Below are positions 1 to 9,608 of a DNA stretch of 64,000 nt, piece by piece. The DNA is from a virus. The first letter of the stretch is position 1; every line of letters starts with the position of its first letter. The position numbers were made by a program, and so were the translations under genes. Where the stretch lies: the IMG/VR virus record IMGVR_UViG_3300017649_000199; one strand, written 5' to 3'. Under the pieces are notes generated by a model, which saw nothing but the letters and a program-made list of their open reading frames with translations, ran no database searches and was not told the DNA's origin.

Positions 1-298
1 GCTGAGCCCAGCCCTCTTCGGTGCCGACCATCCAGGCCTGCCACACGCCAGTGCCGACGGGCTGAAACCCGCCGGCTGCCGCTGGGAGGTTGTCGCCCTG
101 CAGGATCGTGAAAGCGAAGCCCTGCGACTTCTGGGCCGTATCGATGAAGAACGCAGCGGCAACGTCCGGCGAGAACTCAGCCAGACCCGTGACAGCCAGG
201 AACTGGGCCTTCTCGTCCTCGCGCATCCGCTCCGACAGGAAGACCAGATGCGCGGGACGACAGGGAACGATGTTCGAGGGAAGGCGAGCGGGCAGCAT
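1..298 (-). CDS. T7 gp13-like / GNAT-like virion assembly protein (3' end outside window)
   Basis: Manual translation MLPARLPSNIVPCRPAHLVFLSERMREDEKAQF...GVWQAWMVGT; follows the nozzle gene as in podoviruses. Confidence 0.55.
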   Translation of the reverse strand, partial: MLPARLPSNIVPCRPAHLVFLSERMREDEKAQFLAVTGLAEFSPDVAAAFFIDTAQKSQGFAFTILQGDNLPAAAGGFQPVGTGVWQAWMVGTEEGWAQ

Positions 299-337
299 GG
301 ACGTATGCTGCTGCCCGCCGGAGGGGGTTCAACGGAG

Positions 338-2197
338 TCAGGACATGCTGCGCAGGTCCTGCAGGTACAGGCCGAACGCGTTCCATTGCCACGGCTGACT
401 GCCGTCGTAGGTCAGCTTGACCGACAGCGACGGTGCCGCAAGGGGCATCGGGATCACCATCCCGGGCACGGTGTCCGCCGGCACAGTGTAGCCGGGCGTG
501 AACAGGCCACCGTTGCTCTGGTCGATGCCGAAGGAGACGGAAACTTCTCCCTGCCCCACGATGTCGAATCCGTACAGCATCTTCGTGGCGCCCGGCTGCC
601 CGAACTCGAGCCACGGCCACTGGATCGTCCCTTCGAACGGCACAACCTCGAACGTCCAGCCATCCCCCTGAATGCCGATCTCGTCACCGGCCGCTTCACC
701 GACGCGGTGGATGAAGTCGCCGGAGCGCAGGTAGAGCGTGTCGCCCGCGATGGCCCAGTCATCGATCGCAAATGGGAAGGTGTAGCGCGACCATGCACCT
801 ACCTGCCCCATTCGGGTCATCGAGTAGACAAACACCTGGGCAGTGCCCGGGATCCACACCTCCCCTTCCCAGTGGCCGTTGGTGTTGAACACGAGCCAGT
901 ACTGACCCATGGCCGGGTAGTAGAGCGCCAGCGGCTCGCTCTCTTCCCCCATGGCTTCCTGCACCAGCGGGTCGATCGGCATGCCCACGTCACCGGCCTG
1001 GAAGTTGGTGCTGCTGGCGGCAATGCCGACCGTGCGAACACCCTGCGATGCCAGGAAGAACAGATCGTTGGATACCGGTGCAATGGCATGGTGCTGCGTG
1101 CTGCCCATCGGCAGTGCGTCCAGCAGCGCCATGTTGGCCGGGTCCTCGTCAACCTGCCAGAGCTGGAACGCCTCCGCATTGAAGGCGATGAGGTTGCCGC
1201 GGTACAGCCCCATCGCCTCGACCGGGTTCGAACCATAGTTCTGCAGCCCGGTGGGCAGGTAACCGGCGTCATCGTCCGTCGACCAATCCAACGGGTTGAC
1301 AGTCGCCGAATAGCGCACGATGTCGTCATCCCCGCAGAACACCTTGGATGCCGCGATGGCCACGATCTTGGTGTTCGGACAGTTGGGGTCCTCCACGCGC
1401 CTGGACACCGCCCGCAACGTCGCCGTGCCGTCCTTGACCATGCCGCCCTCTTCCTCAGGCCAGTCCGGCTCGGTGTCGCCACTCACATACAGGGGCTCAG
1501 CGGTCCACACGACGCGGGTAGCCGCGATGGCCTCCCAGACGACCTCGTTGTCGACCACCTGCTGCCCGAGCACTGGCGGCCATGCAGGCTCGCTGGAATC
1601 CGAGAAACCAGACTCTGGCTGCACCGCCTTGTAGGCCAGGTCAGCAGGGAGACCGGCGAAGGTTCCCTCAACCCAGAGATTGCCGCCCCAGATTGCGTGG
1701 TTGTGATCGGCCACGGACCACAGCTCAATGCCGGCCCTGCAGTAGGCCGCACCTTCCGGGCAGGTGGATTCGCAGGTAGAGCGATGGACAGCACCGCCTG
1801 CGCCGCTGTCTACCTGATTCCCCTTGTCCACGCGCAGCAGCACATCGGCTGCAGTGAACCAATGCACCTCGACCCAACCACGGGTGGCCCCCGCCACGGA
1901 CGCGCCTTGGTCGATCAGGCATGCAGCCGTGATCTTCTTGCCGACGGGCACGATCAGCTTGGTCTGGTTGAGTGCGCCACCGCTGGGCTGGTTGCCTGGC
2001 AGCTCGACATAGGTCCGCCAGCCCCCCTTCGACACGTGCTCCGAGTAGAAGGCCGCGCCGGTGAAGTCCCAGTTGCTTGAGCCAGCACTGAAATCGCCGT
2101 TGGCCACATTCGTGGCACTGGGCGCAGGCGCAGTGATGGGAACGACGATGTCGCCAGGCTGGTAAAGGGTGCCAGGCTGCCAGGTGGGGTACGCCAT
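338..2197 (-). CDS. Tail nozzle (P22 gp10 / T7 gp12-like) main part with N-terminal carbohydrate-binding-like domains
   Basis: 619 aa; propeller-like C-terminal half (LFFLASQGVRTV, GAWSRY); WxPGxxYxPG and SG..EPxWP motifs; position after adaptor. Confidence 0.65.
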   Translation of the reverse strand: MAYPTWQPGTLYQPGDIVVPITAPAPSATNVANGDFSAGSSNWDFTGAAFYSEHVSKGGWRTYVELPGNQPSGGALNQTKLIVPVGKKITAACLIDQGASVAGATRGWVEVHWFTAADVLLRVDKGNQVDSGAGGAVHRSTCESTCPEGAAYCRAGIELWSVADHNHAIWGGNLWVEGTFAGLPADLAYKAVQPESGFSDSSEPAWPPVLGQQVVDNEVVWEAIAATRVVWTAEPLYVSGDTEPDWPEEEGGMVKDGTATLRAVSRRVEDPNCPNTKIVAIAASKVFCGDDDIVRYSATVNPLDWSTDDDAGYLPTGLQNYGSNPVEAMGLYRGNLIAFNAEAFQLWQVDEDPANMALLDALPMGSTQHHAIAPVSNDLFFLASQGVRTVGIAASSTNFQAGDVGMPIDPLVQEAMGEESEPLALYYPAMGQYWLVFNTNGHWEGEVWIPGTAQVFVYSMTRMGQVGAWSRYTFPFAIDDWAIAGDTLYLRSGDFIHRVGEAAGDEIGIQGDGWTFEVVPFEGTIQWPWLEFGQPGATKMLYGFDIVGQGEVSVSFGIDQSNGGLFTPGYTVPADTVPGMVIPMPLAAPSLSVKLTYDGSQPWQWNAFGLYLQDLRSMS

Positions 2198-2967
2198 TAT
2201 TGGGCCTCGGTGCTGGTCTTGCCGTCGCCATAGCGGTCCTTCACGGACGGCGGGACGGTCGTGTTCGGCGTGGTCGTCTGCGGATCGACGTCGTAGGGGT
2301 TCCGGTTGCTCACGTCTTCGATGACGGTCTCGCCCGGGTTCGTCGGCCAGTTGGGCTCAACGGTCCCTGAGCGCGGGCTATCACCTACCACTTCGGTGAC
2401 CACATAGCGGTATCCGTTGTCTTCGGTGGGCACCACCACATCGCCAACGGCGCGGCCCACGTTGGGCGCCCATGGGGTATAGCCCGCGCGGTCCGACTCC
2501 ACGCGATAGGCCATACCGTTGCCGCTGGTGGGCCGAACGAGCGTCCCCGGCAAGTAGACCTTCCCCGGCTCCCACACCTCACCCTTCTCCAGCCAGTAGT
2601 GGCGGATGAGGCCGTCCTCGAACTCGGCCACCACGTACAGGAACCCGAGGAACGGCAAGGCAAAGTGAATGTCCTTGATCGGCGTTTCCGGTGCAGTCGG
2701 GTGCCGAAGGACCTCAACCTCCACCCTCTCATCAACGCCTGGCGTGACCTGATGAGAGAACACGACGAACTTTCCCTGGAACCACACAAGGCCCTTCGTC
2801 CCCGAGGGCAACACCACGTCGACACGAGTGCCCGGGCGGCTCTTGATGGTGCGCGCCGCGGTGACGTAGCCGTTGAGCAGGTCGTAGAGCGAGTCCGGCG
2901 ATGCGCCTCCTTTGTCGCGCAGGCGGGTGATGCCGGCCTTGACCGTCGTGAGTGCCTGGCTGCGCAT
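2197..2967 (-). CDS. Putative N-terminal part of split tail nozzle protein
   Basis: Start MRSQALTT; nozzle-like N-terminus (LLNGYV...SRPG); C-terminal WEPGKVYLPG and EPNWP motifs; TAATG coupling. Confidence 0.55.
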   Translation of the reverse strand: MRSQALTTVKAGITRLRDKGGASPDSLYDLLNGYVTAARTIKSRPGTRVDVVLPSGTKGLVWFQGKFVVFSHQVTPGVDERVEVEVLRHPTAPETPIKDIHFALPFLGFLYVVAEFEDGLIRHYWLEKGEVWEPGKVYLPGTLVRPTSGNGMAYRVESDRAGYTPWAPNVGRAVGDVVVPTEDNGYRYVVTEVVGDSPRSGTVEPNWPTNPGETVIEDVSNRNPYDVDPQTTTPNTTVPPSVKDRYGDGKTSTEAQ

Positions 2968-2969
2968 CC

Positions 2970-4115
2970 TCAGTCCTCCTTCATGACCGGCCGCACTGCC
3001 GGAGGCGGCATGGCGCTGCCCGGGATGTACCGGCGGGTGTGGTGCGACCCAGCCACCAGGCTGCGCACGTAGGCCGTTGCTTGGGCTGCGTAGTTCCCTG
3101 CGTCGGGCTGGCTGTAGTGCGCCTTTGCGTTCGCCAGGGCCTGCAGGAAGATCGCCTCCGGGTCGATCGTCGTCTCGTCGCTGTCGGCCTCCAGCGGGAG
3201 CAAGCCGAAATTGCCCTTGATCCGCAGCTTCCACGTGCTGTCGACCGGCGGCGGCCAGACCTCAATGCACTGCCGGATTTCATAGTGCGACGGGATGCCG
3301 GGGCCGGGGCTCCCGTACATCACCGGGTCGATGCCACACACCAGCGGGCGCCAGCTAAGATCGCCCTGCGAGATGCCAACCCACGTGACCATGCGCGGGT
3401 CCATGCGCTTCGGGCACGCATCAGCGTTAGCGTCGAAGTCGTAGAAGCGAACACCGGGCTCCATGTTCCAGGTGTAGAACCTCTCCATCCGAAACACCGA
3501 ATAGCGCCGATAGAGCATCTCCTGCGCGTTACGGATGAAATCGTCCAGCAGCGGCGCCATGCCGGGCGGCAGGATGCCCATGGATACCTGGGTGGCAAAT
3601 CCAAGCCGCGTGGCGATCCTGTTCCGCATGTGCGCCAGCGTGGTGCGCGGGTAGTCGTCGTCGCACGCGCAGTTGTAGGAGGTGGCATCCGGTCCGGGCT
3701 CATCCGAGACGTACACAGTGATGTTGTAATGGATAGGCAGCGTTTCTTCCCCGCTGAATGCGGGCTCATAGGCGATGCCATCCAGACCCACCCCAACCTC
3801 CACGATATCCGCGGACACCCCGTCGCCAAGTACAACGCCGTCGTCGGTCTGATTGAAGCCGATGATCGGGGAGCCACCTCCGTTTCGACCGGCGAAGAGC
3901 CCGCCACCCCACCCTTGGCCTGGCTGCGCTGCAGGGTATGCATCGGAGGTGTACCGGACACCGATCCGTACGTCAGGAGCGACAGCGAGGCTCCAGCCAT
4001 GAAGGCGGGCATCAGCTCCATCGGGGAAGATCAATGCCCCATCCATGACCACGCCGCCACTGCTCGTGAGGGTGTAGCTGACACCCTGCGCGTCAGAGAT
4101 CTCTACCCAAGCCAT
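2970..4115 (-). CDS. Head-tail adaptor (P22 gp4 / T7 gp11-like) with N-terminal extension
   Basis: TTLAHMRNRIATRLG...FIRNAQ, PSHY..IEVWPPP motifs; position after head genes. Confidence 0.65.
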   Translation of the reverse strand: MAWVEISDAQGVSYTLTSSGGVVMDGALIFPDGADARLHGWSLAVAPDVRIGVRYTSDAYPAAQPGQGWGGGLFAGRNGGGSPIIGFNQTDDGVVLGDGVSADIVEVGVGLDGIAYEPAFSGEETLPIHYNITVYVSDEPGPDATSYNCACDDDYPRTTLAHMRNRIATRLGFATQVSMGILPPGMAPLLDDFIRNAQEMLYRRYSVFRMERFYTWNMEPGVRFYDFDANADACPKRMDPRMVTWVGISQGDLSWRPLVCGIDPVMYGSPGPGIPSHYEIRQCIEVWPPPVDSTWKLRIKGNFGLLPLEADSDETTIDPEAIFLQALANAKAHYSQPDAGNYAAQATAYVRSLVAGSHHTRRYIPGSAMPPPAVRPVMKED

Positions 4116-4132
4116 TGCCGTCTCCTTCACTT

Positions 4133-4165
4133 AAAAGGCCGGCCGGAGTCACCCCCGACCGGCCG
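4133..4165 (-). terminator. Intrinsic terminator
   Basis: GGCCGGTCGG/CCGGCCGGCC hairpin followed by TTTT on the minus strand. Confidence 0.6.
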
Positions 4166-4190
4166 CCGTCACCGCCGCCAGCGGGTCGGG

Positions 4191-4778
4191 TTACTGCTTG
4201 CGGGACTCGCTCTCGTCATCGATCGCGGCCAGCAGATCTTCGCGGGCCTGCCCTTCGGCTTCCGCCGCTTCGATGGCAACCAGGTCGGCATCGCTCAGGC
4301 CCTTCAGCTTCTCGGTGATCGTGGCCACATCGCCGGCCAGGAGCTCGGTGAAGTCGGTGTCCCCCGTTGCGGCCTTTCCACCCTTGGCCGCGCCCTTGGT
4401 GGTCGACGTCTTCGCCGGCGCCTTGGTCGAGCCCTTGGTGGTCGACGTCTTCGCCGGCGCCTTGGTCGAGCCCTTGGTGGTCGACGGCTGGCGGCTGTCG
4501 ATGAACTTCTCCAGGTCACGCTGGCGATTGAAGTAGCGGGCACGTGCCGCGTCCGAGTCAGCGTTGCCGCCGTACTTCTTGACCAGGCCGGCGAAGGCGG
4601 TGCCGACGTCGAAGTCCTCGACCTGCACGTCCTCGGTCTCCAGCTCGGTGACCAGTTCCTCGCCGTAGATCTCTTCGAGGATGGACTGCTCGTACTCCGG
4701 CACGGTGGTCGGCAGCTTGGTGCTGGCGTCGCGGTCGATCAGCAGCGTTACGTGCTGCAATACGATCTTGGCGCCCAT
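4191..4778 (-). CDS. Hypothetical phage protein with Lys/Thr-rich repeat linker
   Basis: ORF from MGAKIVLQ, coupled to upstream gene. Confidence 0.75.
   Translation of the reverse strand: MGAKIVLQHVTLLIDRDASTKLPTTVPEYEQSILEEIYGEELVTELETEDVQVEDFDVGTAFAGLVKKYGGNADSDAARARYFNRQRDLEKFIDSRQPSTTKGSTKAPAKTSTTKGSTKAPAKTSTTKGAAKGGKAATGDTDFTELLAGDVATITEKLKGLSDADLVAIEAAEAEGQAREDLLAAIDDESESRKQ
4392..4486. repeat. 39-bp coding tandem repeat (about 2.4 copies; TTKGSTKAPAKTS)
   Basis: GCCCTTGGTGGTCGACGTCTTCGCCGGCGCCTTGGTCGA at 4392 and 4431, partial at 4470. Confidence 0.95.
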
Positions 4779-5119
4779 TACTGCACTCCCTCCAGATAGA
4801 CCGCCACATCGGGGCCATCGGCATCCGCCGTGGTCACGTTGACGCGAATCCAGCCCGGCAGGTCGGCGATTTCGCCAGCCTGGTCCGCGTTGGCGTCGAT
4901 GGTGGCAATGTCGGCCCAACCCGCATCGCCTTCCGCCGGGGTGTCAGCACTGGGACTCGGGTGGCCCTGCAGCTTGAACACGCCGGTCAGCGGCAGCGTC
5001 GGAATGCTGTACTTGCACTCACGGCCGGCACCGCCCAGCAGCGGGGTCTTGCTGAGCCGCACCGGGGCGAGAATGTCAACCGCGGTGACGTCGGCATTGA
5101 GCTTGAGGATGTTCGGCAT
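4778..5119 (-). CDS. Putative virion structural / capsid decoration protein
   Basis: Small beta-rich ORF directly after major capsid gene. Confidence 0.5.
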   Translation of the reverse strand: MPNILKLNADVTAVDILAPVRLSKTPLLGGAGRECKYSIPTLPLTGVFKLQGHPSPSADTPAEGDAGWADIATIDANADQAGEIADLPGWIRVNVTTADADGPDVAVYLEGVQ

Positions 5120-5170
5120 AGCTTCTTCTCCTGACCGGCGAGGCATCCCTCGCCGGTCTGTTGTTGGCGG

Positions 5171-6232
5171 TCAGGCGATGCTGAAAACCGCGTTCGAGTT
5201 GCGCTTGCGGCAGGTCAGGCCGTAGTCCGCGGTCAGGCCGAAGTAGTACGTGTAGCGGTCGTACACGCGCGGCGGGGTGCGGCGGATCATCCAGCGGCCC
5301 TTGACCGGGCGCAGGCGCAGAGCCTTGCTGTTGAGGAAGTAGCCGCGCTTCTTCCACGGGTAGGTGATCGCACCCAGCTCTTCGTCCAGGGCATCGAAGG
5401 TCGGATCCCACACCACCGACACGCCCTTGAAGGCCAGCGCCTTGGTGGTCGGGTCCAGCGTCACGCCGCCGGTCGACGCCTGGCCCAGGTTGATCTGGCG
5501 TCCCATGACCTTCAGCGCGTCGGCCTGGATGGCGTCGTACATCGCCGAGCCCACGACGATGAAGTCGGGGTTGCCCAACTTGCCGTAGGTGATGGTCTGG
5601 CGCCACAGGGTTTCCAGCGTCGAGATCAGATTGCCGGCCGTGGCCGTGCTGATCCCCATCTGCGCCCAGTTGCGCCACCACGGCGTGGTCGACGCATCGA
5701 TGCCGCCGATGACGCCGGCGTTCGGGGTGGTGCTGACCAGCGCGTCCAGGCCCGGCACGGCCTTCGGGTTCGCCGAGCCGTCCAGGTGGACCTCCCGGTC
5801 CCAGTTCTCCTGGAAGCCATCCTTCAGCGTGGTCCAGCCTTCCTGCAGCTTGTCCACGATCTGGATCTTCTCGGCGTCGGTCATCTGCGCCGACTTGTCG
5901 TCGGTCAGGATGATGCCGTTGTTGGCCAGCTCGGTCTCGTTGAGGCTGAAGCCGTCGTGGGCCTCGTAGTGCTGGTACGGCGCCAGGCGCACGGTGTCCT
6001 TCCGGTTGAAGGTGACCTGGTCGTCGCCGGAGTAGTTCTGGTAGTTGCTGTCGTTGGTGAAGCGCACCTTCTCGTTGAAGATGCCGTTGCCGAATACCGT
6101 CTCGGTCTTCTTCTCGATCAGCCACTTGGCCAGCGGACGCTCGCTGGTGAACTGATCGATCGGGTCGTCAGTCGCATAGGACTGCATCTGGTAGTTGGCG
6201 CCGGACGCCAACTGGGCGGGAGTCAAAGGCAT
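5171..6232 (-). CDS. Major capsid protein
   Basis: 353 aa; position after scaffold; LDG.......PGL motif typical of HK97-fold capsids. Confidence 0.85.
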   Translation of the reverse strand: MPLTPAQLASGANYQMQSYATDDPIDQFTSERPLAKWLIEKKTETVFGNGIFNEKVRFTNDSNYQNYSGDDQVTFNRKDTVRLAPYQHYEAHDGFSLNETELANNGIILTDDKSAQMTDAEKIQIVDKLQEGWTTLKDGFQENWDREVHLDGSANPKAVPGLDALVSTTPNAGVIGGIDASTTPWWRNWAQMGISTATAGNLISTLETLWRQTITYGKLGNPDFIVVGSAMYDAIQADALKVMGRQINLGQASTGGVTLDPTTKALAFKGVSVVWDPTFDALDEELGAITYPWKKRGYFLNSKALRLRPVKGRWMIRRTPPRVYDRYTYYFGLTADYGLTCRKRNSNAVFSIA

Positions 6233-6370
6233 ATCGCACCTCGGAGGGAAAGAGGAAGCCCGAATGGGCGTGGTCTCTCGCGTTCCGAGGGCGCGACTCT
6301 CGTTTCAGCGCTACCGGCGGCGAACCCGGCTTACGTCACACGCGGTGCCGGCGTTGGCCGGCTGGACCGC

Positions 6371-6398
6371 AATATGCGCCAGCCGGCACGTCAGTCAA
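6371..6398 (-). promoter_or_regulatory. Sigma70-like promoter upstream of capsid gene
   Basis: TTGACT-N16-CATATT on the minus strand. Confidence 0.4.
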
Positions 6399-6405
6399 CG
6401 GTGGA

Positions 6406-7545
6406 TCAGCGGCCCTGCGTCTTGGCCAGCTGCACACCGAAGTCGAAGGCGTTCTCCTTCGTCGGGGCCTTGCTGAGGTCCACGCCGGTGGCACGGGCCG
6501 GGTTGTTGGGCGCCGCTACCGGATGGCGCTGGACGGGCGGGGCCACAGGCGCAGATGCAGCGAGGTAGGCCTTCTGGATCGCCGCGGCCCACTGCTGGGG
6601 CGGCAGGCTGTCCTGGATGACCGCCACCATGGGCTGGATGGCCCTGAACTTGGCGTCGAAGTGCTGCGGGTCGGCGGCACGAAGCTGGGCGCCCAGCGCC
6701 TGCACGTCCTGCATCGCCTGCTCCTGCGCCTGTCGGGTGGCCTGTAACTGCTCCATGGCCTGCCGCTGGCGCTGCTGGCTGTCCTGCTGGAGGGCCGAAG
6801 CGCGACGGGTGCGGATCAGTTCTTCTGCTGCGGCCTTGGTCATGTCGCCATCGGCCACCTGCTTGGCCAGCTCGGGATACTCGGCCAGCGGGTCGTAGCC
6901 CGGCGCCGGCCTCCCCAGCTCCTTGGCCAGCCAGGCCATTTCCTGCTGCATGAAGTCGTAGGCCTGCGCCATCGCGGCCGGGTCGCGGGAGTTGATCGCC
7001 GCCAGGTAGTTCAGCGCATTGCCCATCTGCTGCGGATCGGCACCGGTGGACCTGATCGTTTCCTCCCACTGCCGGCCGCGTTCTGCGTCGGGGCGCAGCG
7101 TCTCGGCTTCGGCGGCGCGCTCGCTCAGTTCCCGGAAGCGCTTCTGGGTCCGCTCGTTCGAAATGCCCAGATCCTTGATCTCGGCGTCGATGGCATCGGG
7201 CTGGTTCGCAGCCTCCGCAGCGGCAGCGGCAGCAGCCGGGTCCGGCTCACCACCTTCGCCGCCCTCGGCGCCCGGTGCACCAGCATCGGTAGCGCCAGCA
7301 GCAGCGTCTCCATCAGCTGCAGCCGCGGGATCTGCAGCAGCCCCATCGGCGGCCGCAGCCGGCGCGCCACTGTCCTCGCGCACTTCCTGCTCGCGGGCCT
7401 TCTCCACGCCCTGGCTGAAGGCGTCCAGCGCCTCGGTGTTGGGGTCGCCGTCGTTCCTGGCGACGGTCTCCGCGGCCTGGGCCGCAGCTGCAGCAGTGCC
7501 GTCATCCACGGCGGTGGTGTCGGGTTCGTTATGGTCAATACGCAC
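6406..7545 (-). CDS. Capsid scaffolding protein
   Basis: Acidic, Ala-rich, coiled-coil; between portal and capsid; GTG start with GAGG RBS. Confidence 0.75.
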   Translation of the reverse strand: MRIDHNEPDTTAVDDGTAAAAAQAAETVARNDGDPNTEALDAFSQGVEKAREQEVREDSGAPAAAADGAAADPAAAADGDAAAGATDAGAPGAEGGEGGEPDPAAAAAAAEAANQPDAIDAEIKDLGISNERTQKRFRELSERAAEAETLRPDAERGRQWEETIRSTGADPQQMGNALNYLAAINSRDPAAMAQAYDFMQQEMAWLAKELGRPAPGYDPLAEYPELAKQVADGDMTKAAAEELIRTRRASALQQDSQQRQRQAMEQLQATRQAQEQAMQDVQALGAQLRAADPQHFDAKFRAIQPMVAVIQDSLPPQQWAAAIQKAYLAASAPVAPPVQRHPVAAPNNPARATGVDLSKAPTKENAFDFGVQLAKTQGR

Positions 7546-7574
7546 GTGTGTGTCCTCGCTGGCGGCGTGTGGGG

Positions 7575-9608
7575 TCAAACAGGGGTGATTGCCGGCGGCG
7601 TCATCGCAGCCGGGTCGAGCATTGCGGGATCGATGGGCGGCTCACCGCCGGCAGCACCGGCCGCCATCGCCGGGTCAATGGCGGCACCACCCATCGGATC
7701 GAGCGCAGGGTCAACCGGTGCCGGCGCCTGCGGAATGAAGCTGTACGGGTCGATGCTGATGTCTCCGGCACGCTTCACCGTCTCCACGGCCAGCTGCTCA
7801 AGGCAGTTGGCGATGTCCAGCGGCGACGAGCCGCGCATCTGGCCGATCTGGATGGCGGACTGCTGCAGCTGGGGTAGCAGGATCGACCACTGCTGCTGGC
7901 GCAGGGCGGTAGCAGGCTTGCCCGACGATCCCGCCCGGATGTCCACCTGAACCACCATGTCGAGCATCTCGGGCTCGGGGACGTTGATCCACATGGCGTC
8001 CGCCCCGGCCATGTTGGCTGCCTCATCAGGAGTGAGCCCGTTCGGCGAGACAGCGAGCTCGGCGGTGTAGACGGCCAGCTCGGAGAGCATCTCGTCCAGG
8101 CTGTCGCGGGCATACCCGATGCGGGACTCGGTGCCCTGCTGCTGGATATCAGCCTCCGTGGCGGTCTTTGCCACCTGGATGCTGGACGACAGCGCCTCCT
8201 GCACGCCCCAGATCATCTCCAGCTCCGCACGGATCTGCTGCGTGTCGTAAAGCGCCGGGTCGATCGGGTTGTAGCTGATGGGGAACACCACCTGGTCGGG
8301 GCGCTGCCCGTTGAGGTTCAGGCCGACCATTTCGTTGGAGACCGCGCCCTCGAGGCGCTCGGCGTCGGTCGGTTCCAGGGCCCCACGGTCAAAGCCGGTC
8401 TTCGGGATGGCGCGGCGCCGGTGCGTCTTGTAGTTGGTCCTGACCCGGTTGTACTCGTCCAGCAGCGAGCGGGAGCGGTCGACCAACGACTGCGGGTGGC
8501 GCGCACCGTCGTTCCAGATCACGGCCCAACTGAAGAACGGGTAGAAGCGCGTGGTTCGCTGCTCGGGCTTGAACGGCTGGCGCAGGTAGCGCGGGCACCC
8601 CTCTGCCAGGGTGATGACGTGGCCCGTCTCCTTGTTCCAGACCTCCCACACGCATACGCAGGCTTTGCTGGTGTCAGTGGCGCCGGCCGGCCCCTTGGAG
8701 AAGGCGTCCGCCTGCTCGCCCCGAGCAGCGCCGCCGAACCCTGCGCCGTCGGTGACCTTGCCCGGGATGCGGAAGTAGGCCGTTGCCGACCCCAGGACGT
8801 CGGCGGCCTCGGGATACGTCGCCTTGGCCTTGTCCATCGGCATGAACAGCCGTTGCGCGATCCACGGGCTGTCCACGTACTGCTGCAGGCACGCGCACTC
8901 GGGCGCCACCTGGATGTCCTCTGCCCGTACGAAGTCGATGCACAGGGCGTTGAAGATGATGCGCTCTGCCTCGTCCTCGGCCTGCTGCAGCCGCTGCTCC
9001 AGCTCGGCGCGCTGGGCTGAGTCGTCACCCACGATACCCTCGGCCAGGGCGCTCTGGATCTGGGTGATCGCCGCCAGACTGGAGCGCAGTCCGGCAATCT
9101 CCTGCTGCAGGGCCGGGTTGCTGCCCGTCTCGCGGTGCCACGCGGCTTTGAGCCAGCCGATCGCCACGCTCAGGCCTGAACGAACCAGCGGGTCGGCCGC
9201 CGCCTTCAGCTTGCCCTTCTTCCAGAGCCTGCCGATGACGATCTCCAGCGTGGTCGCGAAGGCCTTGGCCTCTTCCTTGATCCGCGGGGAGACAGCCTCG
9301 GCCAGCTCCACGCTGACCTCAGGGTCACGGGCGTACAGGAACGTAGTCAGGATGCCGACATAGGTGCCGGCGATGGGCACACGCACGTCGTACACGTCGG
9401 CATTGGCCTGCTCTTGGCAATACGTGCGGTCCTTGGCGTAGCCCTCCCGGGCGGCTTTGTCGAACTCGCGCGCGTCCTCGATCCGCTTCAGCCAAGCCTT
9501 GACCGCGCCCTCTTCCTCCATCTGGGCAGCAGCACGGCGCTCGGCTTCCGCCTGCTCCATCTCGTCTGCTTCGATCGCCTGGGCCAGCTGGTCGCCTGGA
9601 CCGGTCAT
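7575..9608 (-). CDS. Portal protein (P22-like)
   Basis: About 677 aa after terL; KTATEA motif and P22-like portal size. Confidence 0.85.
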   Translation of the reverse strand: MTGPGDQLAQAIEADEMEQAEAERRAAAQMEEEGAVKAWLKRIEDAREFDKAAREGYAKDRTYCQEQANADVYDVRVPIAGTYVGILTTFLYARDPEVSVELAEAVSPRIKEEAKAFATTLEIVIGRLWKKGKLKAAADPLVRSGLSVAIGWLKAAWHRETGSNPALQQEIAGLRSSLAAITQIQSALAEGIVGDDSAQRAELEQRLQQAEDEAERIIFNALCIDFVRAEDIQVAPECACLQQYVDSPWIAQRLFMPMDKAKATYPEAADVLGSATAYFRIPGKVTDGAGFGGAARGEQADAFSKGPAGATDTSKACVCVWEVWNKETGHVITLAEGCPRYLRQPFKPEQRTTRFYPFFSWAVIWNDGARHPQSLVDRSRSLLDEYNRVRTNYKTHRRRAIPKTGFDRGALEPTDAERLEGAVSNEMVGLNLNGQRPDQVVFPISYNPIDPALYDTQQIRAELEMIWGVQEALSSSIQVAKTATEADIQQQGTESRIGYARDSLDEMLSELAVYTAELAVSPNGLTPDEAANMAGADAMWINVPEPEMLDMVVQVDIRAGSSGKPATALRQQQWSILLPQLQQSAIQIGQMRGSSPLDIANCLEQLAVETVKRAGDISIDPYSFIPQAPAPVDPALDPMGGAAIDPAMAAGAAGGEPPIDPAMLDPAAMTPPAITPV

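Noticed and set aside
248..2080. 610-aa + strand ORF and similar long ORFs (2952-4799, 45279-46895, 48911-50386, 55204-57387)
   Set aside because: Antisense shadows of real genes in high-GC DNA; low-complexity Arg/Gly-rich translations without motifs
4392..4486. Regulatory or CRISPR-like repeat
   Set aside because: In-frame 13-aa linker repeat inside a coding sequence, with no spacers
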